Assembly: GCA_027491355.1 (NCBI GenBank)
Contig: JAIXWI010000015.1
Location: 34,588-98,587, forward strand
Source of the DNA: Bacteroidota bacterium
GTDB taxonomy: Bacteria; Bacteroidota; Bacteroidia; UKL13-3
DNA: 64,000 nucleotides
Direction: 5' to 3'
The notes under the pieces are model-generated. The model worked only from the letters and a program-made list of their open reading frames with translations, was not told where the DNA came from and ran no database searches. This document shows, in pieces, positions 60,021 through 64,000 of the stretch. A program made the translations under genes and the position numbers. Position 1 is the first letter of the stretch. Each line of letters opens with the position of its first letter.

Positions 60021-62933
60021 ATGAACAAACAAGTAATTGTACGAATTCTCTTGGCTGTTTTCTTGGTTCAATTAACCGGAAATCTATTGGCTCAACAAGC
60101 TGCTGGAACAGCCACAAACACCAATCAAACCCAACTCATTGAAAAGGTAACTGCTAATCCTGGTGAACTTAAAATTGCCTATGAAAAGTACCGTTTACCT
60201 AACGGCTTAACCTTAATTGTACACGAAGACCATTCAGACCCAATTGTGCATGTGGAAGTAACTTACCATGTTGGTTCGGCAAGAGAAACTCCAGGTAAAT
60301 CAGGTTTTGCTCACTTTTTTGAACACATGATGTTCCAAGGTTCATTACACGTTAAAGATGAAGAGCATTTTAAAATAGTTCAGGGTGCTGGTGGTCAAAT
60401 GAACGGTACTACCAATAGAGATAGAACCAACTACTTTGAAACCATGCCATCTAATTACCTTGAAACAGCTTTGTGGTTAGAGGCTGACAGAATGGGCTAT
60501 TTATTGGATTCTGTTACCCAAAAGAAATTTGAAGTTCAACGTGCTACTGTAAAAAATGAAAAGGGCGAAAGAGTTGACAACAGGCCTTACGGAAAAGTTG
60601 ACGAAATCAAAGATGCTACTTTATATCCTGCAGGTCACCCGTACAGCTGGCCTACCATTGGTTACCTAGAGGACTTAGACAGAGTAAATGTAGATGACTT
60701 GAAAAACTTCTTCATGCGTTGGTATGGACCTAACAATGCTTGTGTGGTTGTAGCTGGAGATGTAAACCCTGCTGATGTAGTTAAACTAGCAGAAAAATAT
60801 TTTGGAACCATTCCTAGAGGACCTGAAGTAAGAGCACAAAGAATTGAACCAGTCAGGTTACCAGATAACCGTTATGCAAATTATGGTGACAATGTGTTTT
60901 TACCGTTGTATTACATTGTATACCCAACTGTAAAAAGTTACCATGCAGATGAGCCAGCTTTAGATTTATTAGGAACTATCTTGGGTTCAGGCAACAACTC
61001 TATTTTTTATAAAAACTTTATCAAATCTGAAAAAGCATATGAAGCTTCAGTTTTTCATTCTTCAAGCGAATTAGCTGGTGAATTCACTTTGGCTGTATTG
61101 CCTTTACCAAATATTGATGGTGACATTGATGTAGAGAAAATGGTAGCAACTACGCTTGAAGAATTTGAAAAGAATGGCATCAACGATGATGACTTGGCAA
61201 GAGCTAAAGGAAGCCTAGAAAGCAATGTAATATTCAGCATGCAAAGCGTTGCAAGCAGAGCAAGCACCATCAGTACTTTATGGTATACTTCTCATGGTAA
61301 CCCAAGATTAGATAAAAATTACAACATGAATGATGAATTGGCACGTTACCAAAAAGTAACAAAAGAGGACATCATGCGTGTTTACCAAACTTATATCAAA
61401 AACAGAAAATATGTGATGGTAAATGTATTTCCTAAAAAAGCAAATGCTGCTGTATCAAAGGAAGAAACCAAATCACAAACAAGCTCTGGTACTTCAGTAA
61501 AATCAGAATTAGAATACAAAGGACTTTCATATACCACTCCTAAAGACAATTTCGACAGAAGCAAAAGACCTGATGCTGGTGCCTCAAAATCACCTGAAAT
61601 TCCTTCTTTCTACTCTGCAAACTGGCAAAATGGAATCAAAGTAATTGGCAGTGAATCTAAAGAATCGCCGGTTGTTACTTTGTTATTGACCATGAAAGGC
61701 GGAAACATAGCAACTGGAGACCCTGCTAAAACAGGATTGGCTGGCTTAACAGCTGACATGATGGAAGAAGCCACTCAAAACTATACTTCTGAGCAATTCG
61801 AAAACGAATTGGCCAAAATTGGTAGCTCAATCAGTTTCGGTGCTTCATCAGATGCAACAACTGTTCAAGTGATTACCTTAAAAAAGAACATTGATGCAAC
61901 TTTAAGATTGTTCGAAGAAAAATTGATGAAACCAAAATTCAATGCAGATGAATTTAAACTGAATCAATCGCAAACATACCAAGGCATCAACTCACAAAAA
62001 TACGATGCAGGCGCAACTGCAAGTTTAGCTTTCAACAAATTGATTTTCGGTAAAACCATTGCGGCTGAGCCAGTTGAGGGTACCTTGAAATCAATCAAAG
62101 CAATTTCAGTAAAAGACATTCAAAACTTCTATGACAAATTTTACGGTCCTGATTTTGCCACTTTAACCATTGTGGGTGATATCACTGAATCAGAAATCAT
62201 GTCTAAATTGGATTTCTTGAAAAACTGGAAAAAGAAAAACATTGTTTTCCCTACTTTACCTGAACCTCCTGCAGCTCAAGCAAACAACAAACAAATTTAC
62301 TTAGTTGACAAATACAAAGCAGCCCAATCAGAAATCAGAATTGGCATTGTTGGTCAAAAATACGATTGGAACGGCAGGTACTTTAAAACCAATGCCATGA
62401 ATTTCCCTTTGGGAGGCAATTTCAATAGCCGTTTGAACTTAAATTTAAGAGAAGACAAAGGTTTCACCTATGGCATTCGTTCAAGCAATTTTGGCTTCAA
62501 AGACAGGGTAGGAGCCTATCAAATTGCAACTGGCGTTAGAACATCAGCTACTGACAGTGCTTTGAAAGAAATCATGATTGAAATGAACAACTATGCTGAA
62601 AAAGGCATAACCGATGAAGAAATGAAGTTCATGAAGAATTCAATTACACAAAGTGATGCTTTAAGATACGAGACAACCTTCCAAAAAGCAGGCTTCCTGA
62701 ACCGTTTGGTTGAATACGATTTACCAAAAGACTACATCAAACAACAAAACGACATTTTGAATTCCTTGACCAAAGAAGAAATTAACCAATTGGCTAAAGA
62801 AATTCTCCAATCAGATAAAATGACAATTTTAGTTGTTGGTGACAAGGACAAAATCAAAGCTAACTTAGAAAAATTAGGCTATAAAACTGTTGATTACAAA
62901 GAAGTTGAAGTAGCAACCCAAGAAAGAAATTAA
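60021..62933 (+). CDS. M16-family (insulinase-like) zinc peptidase, tandem two-unit
   Basis: HFFEHMMFQGS is the inverted HxxEH zinc motif. Signal peptide and ~970 aa. The track ORF starts at a TTG (59955); the ATG at 60021 is preferred. Confidence 0.8.
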   Translation: MNKQVIVRILLAVFLVQLTGNLLAQQAAGTATNTNQTQLIEKVTANPGELKIAYEKYRLPNGLTLIVHEDHSDPIVHVEVTYHVGSARETPGKSGFAHFFEHMMFQGSLHVKDEEHFKIVQGAGGQMNGTTNRDRTNYFETMPSNYLETALWLEADRMGYLLDSVTQKKFEVQRATVKNEKGERVDNRPYGKVDEIKDATLYPAGHPYSWPTIGYLEDLDRVNVDDLKNFFMRWYGPNNACVVVAGDVNPADVVKLAEKYFGTIPRGPEVRAQRIEPVRLPDNRYANYGDNVFLPLYYIVYPTVKSYHADEPALDLLGTILGSGNNSIFYKNFIKSEKAYEASVFHSSSELAGEFTLAVLPLPNIDGDIDVEKMVATTLEEFEKNGINDDDLARAKGSLESNVIFSMQSVASRASTISTLWYTSHGNPRLDKNYNMNDELARYQKVTKEDIMRVYQTYIKNRKYVMVNVFPKKANAAVSKEETKSQTSSGTSVKSELEYKGLSYTTPKDNFDRSKRPDAGASKSPEIPSFYSANWQNGIKVIGSESKESPVVTLLLTMKGGNIATGDPAKTGLAGLTADMMEEATQNYTSEQFENELAKIGSSISFGASSDATTVQVITLKKNIDATLRLFEEKLMKPKFNADEFKLNQSQTYQGINSQKYDAGATASLAFNKLIFGKTIAAEPVEGTLKSIKAISVKDIQNFYDKFYGPDFATLTIVGDITESEIMSKLDFLKNWKKKNIVFPTLPEPPAAQANNKQIYLVDKYKAAQSEIRIGIVGQKYDWNGRYFKTNAMNFPLGGNFNSRLNLNLREDKGFTYGIRSSNFGFKDRVGAYQIATGVRTSATDSALKEIMIEMNNYAEKGITDEEMKFMKNSITQSDALRYETTFQKAGFLNRLVEYDLPKDYIKQQNDILNSLTKEEINQLAKEILQSDKMTILVVGDKDKIKANLEKLGYKTVDYKEVEVATQERN

Positions 62934-62956
62934 GTTTCAATTTAAATTGATTGTTA

Positions 62957-62995
62957 AAAGAGGTGCAATTCTGTTGCACCTCTTTTTTTGTATAC
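62957..62995 (+). terminator. rho-independent terminator after M16 peptidase
   Basis: aaagaggtgcaa-ttctg-ttgcacctcttt, followed by a T run. Confidence 0.6.
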
Positions 62996-63033
62996 ATACT
63001 ATTTGATTACATTTGTTTAAATAATTCCGATTC

Positions 63034-64000
63034 ATGAAAAAATTGATTTTGGCACTATTGATGAGTGCCTCGTTCAGCACATTTGCACAAAAAAACAAGG
63101 TAGAATCTGCAGCACTTTACCTCAGAAACAATGAAATGGAAGATGCAAAAAACGCCATCAACATGGCTGTTGAGCATCCTGACACCAAAACCGACCCCAA
63201 AGCTTGGTTTTATTATGCTGCCATTTATGATACCATATACAGAAACCCTGCTTACAACAACTTAGCAGACCAAGATTTAACAGAAAAATTTTATACCGCT
63301 TGTAAAAAGTGCATAGAATACGATGCCAAGGAGCGTTACAGTTATTATTGCAAAGACCAGGGTATCATCAACTCAGCCTTCATGACTTATTCAAAAGGGA
63401 TTTCAGCTTATGAAGCGAAAGATTTTAAGAATGCCATTAAGTATTACCAAATGGCCTTGGAAGTAATTCCTATGGACAAAAATGGTGACCTCAAAAAGAA
63501 CAATTTATCTGAGAAAAACGTGTATTTGTACATGGCTTATGCTGCCATTCAAGACAAAGACAACGCTAAAACCAAACAATATTTGCAAAAGTTAATGGAT
63601 TTGAACTACGAAGACCATATCATTTACATGCAAATGGTAAATATTCATTTAGAGGAAAAAGATACGGCAACAGCTATGAAGTTTTTGGAATCGGCTCGTC
63701 AAAAATTCCCAACTGAAAAAGACCTCATCAACCAAGAATTGAATATTTACATCACGCAAGGCAAACAAGATTTGTTGCTAGAAAAAATCAATGCAGCCAT
63801 TGAATTGAATCCAGAAGATTACCAATTAATTTATGTGAGAGGCAATGTATTTGATAACATTGCAAGCGATGAGGCTAAGAAAGCAAAGCAATTCAAAGAC
63901 AGTATTGGAATTTACAACAAAAAGAAAGCAACACCAAAGGCTCAAAATGCAGCAAAACTTGCAGACCTAGCTAGTTCAAGCGCAAAAGCACATGTTAAAA
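63034..64000 (+). CDS. TPR-repeat lipoprotein/secreted protein (3' end beyond window)
   Basis: Begins MKKLILALLMSASFSTFAQ and contains multiple TPR-like helical repeats. The ORF is open to the window end. Confidence 0.5.
   Translation, partial: MKKLILALLMSASFSTFAQKNKVESAALYLRNNEMEDAKNAINMAVEHPDTKTDPKAWFYYAAIYDTIYRNPAYNNLADQDLTEKFYTACKKCIEYDAKERYSYYCKDQGIINSAFMTYSKGISAYEAKDFKNAIKYYQMALEVIPMDKNGDLKKNNLSEKNVYLYMAYAAIQDKDNAKTKQYLQKLMDLNYEDHIIYMQMVNIHLEEKDTATAMKFLESARQKFPTEKDLINQELNIYITQGKQDLLLEKINAAIELNPEDYQLIYVRGNVFDNIASDEAKKAKQFKDSIGIYNKKKATPKAQNAAKLADLASSSAKAHVK

Overview
The window is AT-rich (GC looks mid-30s % by eye) and almost certainly Bacteroidota chromosomal DNA. Three proteins end in Por_Secre_tail-like T9SS C-terminal sorting domains, and the neighbourhood is Bacteroidota-typical (OmpA/TPR/PD40 protein, a 7TMR-DISM histidine kinase, DUF3050 and DUF3352). 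Most of it is a housekeeping backbone: carA-eno-ftsB, dnaN, parC, miaA, mnmA, folC, ung, dapD, pyrC, lhgO, a speA-like decarboxylase with an arginase-family enzyme, M13/M16/M48 peptidases, and one tRNA-Leu(GAG). I found no integrase, transposase, CRISPR array, restriction-modification genes or phage genes. The one clearly accessory locus is at ~1.6-9.6 kb. It is a same-strand module of a small lipoprotein, an LruC-domain protein and a 1898-aa T9SS-secreted giant protein with 4 near-identical 366-bp tandem repeats. The module is bracketed by an inverted pair of diverged paralogous 129-aa lipoproteins and closed by a perfect bidirectional terminator. This module is the best candidate for something uncharacterised; I see no evidence of a defence or toxin system. 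Secondary items: a truncated WYL-domain regulator at the left edge, whose partner lies off-window. A repeated ACATTTGTT motif with a 36-bp perfect palindrome lies just upstream of an XRE-type HTH gene. Two unannotated 46-codon ORFs flank the tRNA. A ferredoxin/LuxC-like reductase divergent pair. A DUF3352 / flippase-like / secreted EEP-nuclease cluster. All protein assignments come from motifs I recognise in the translations; no database searches were run.
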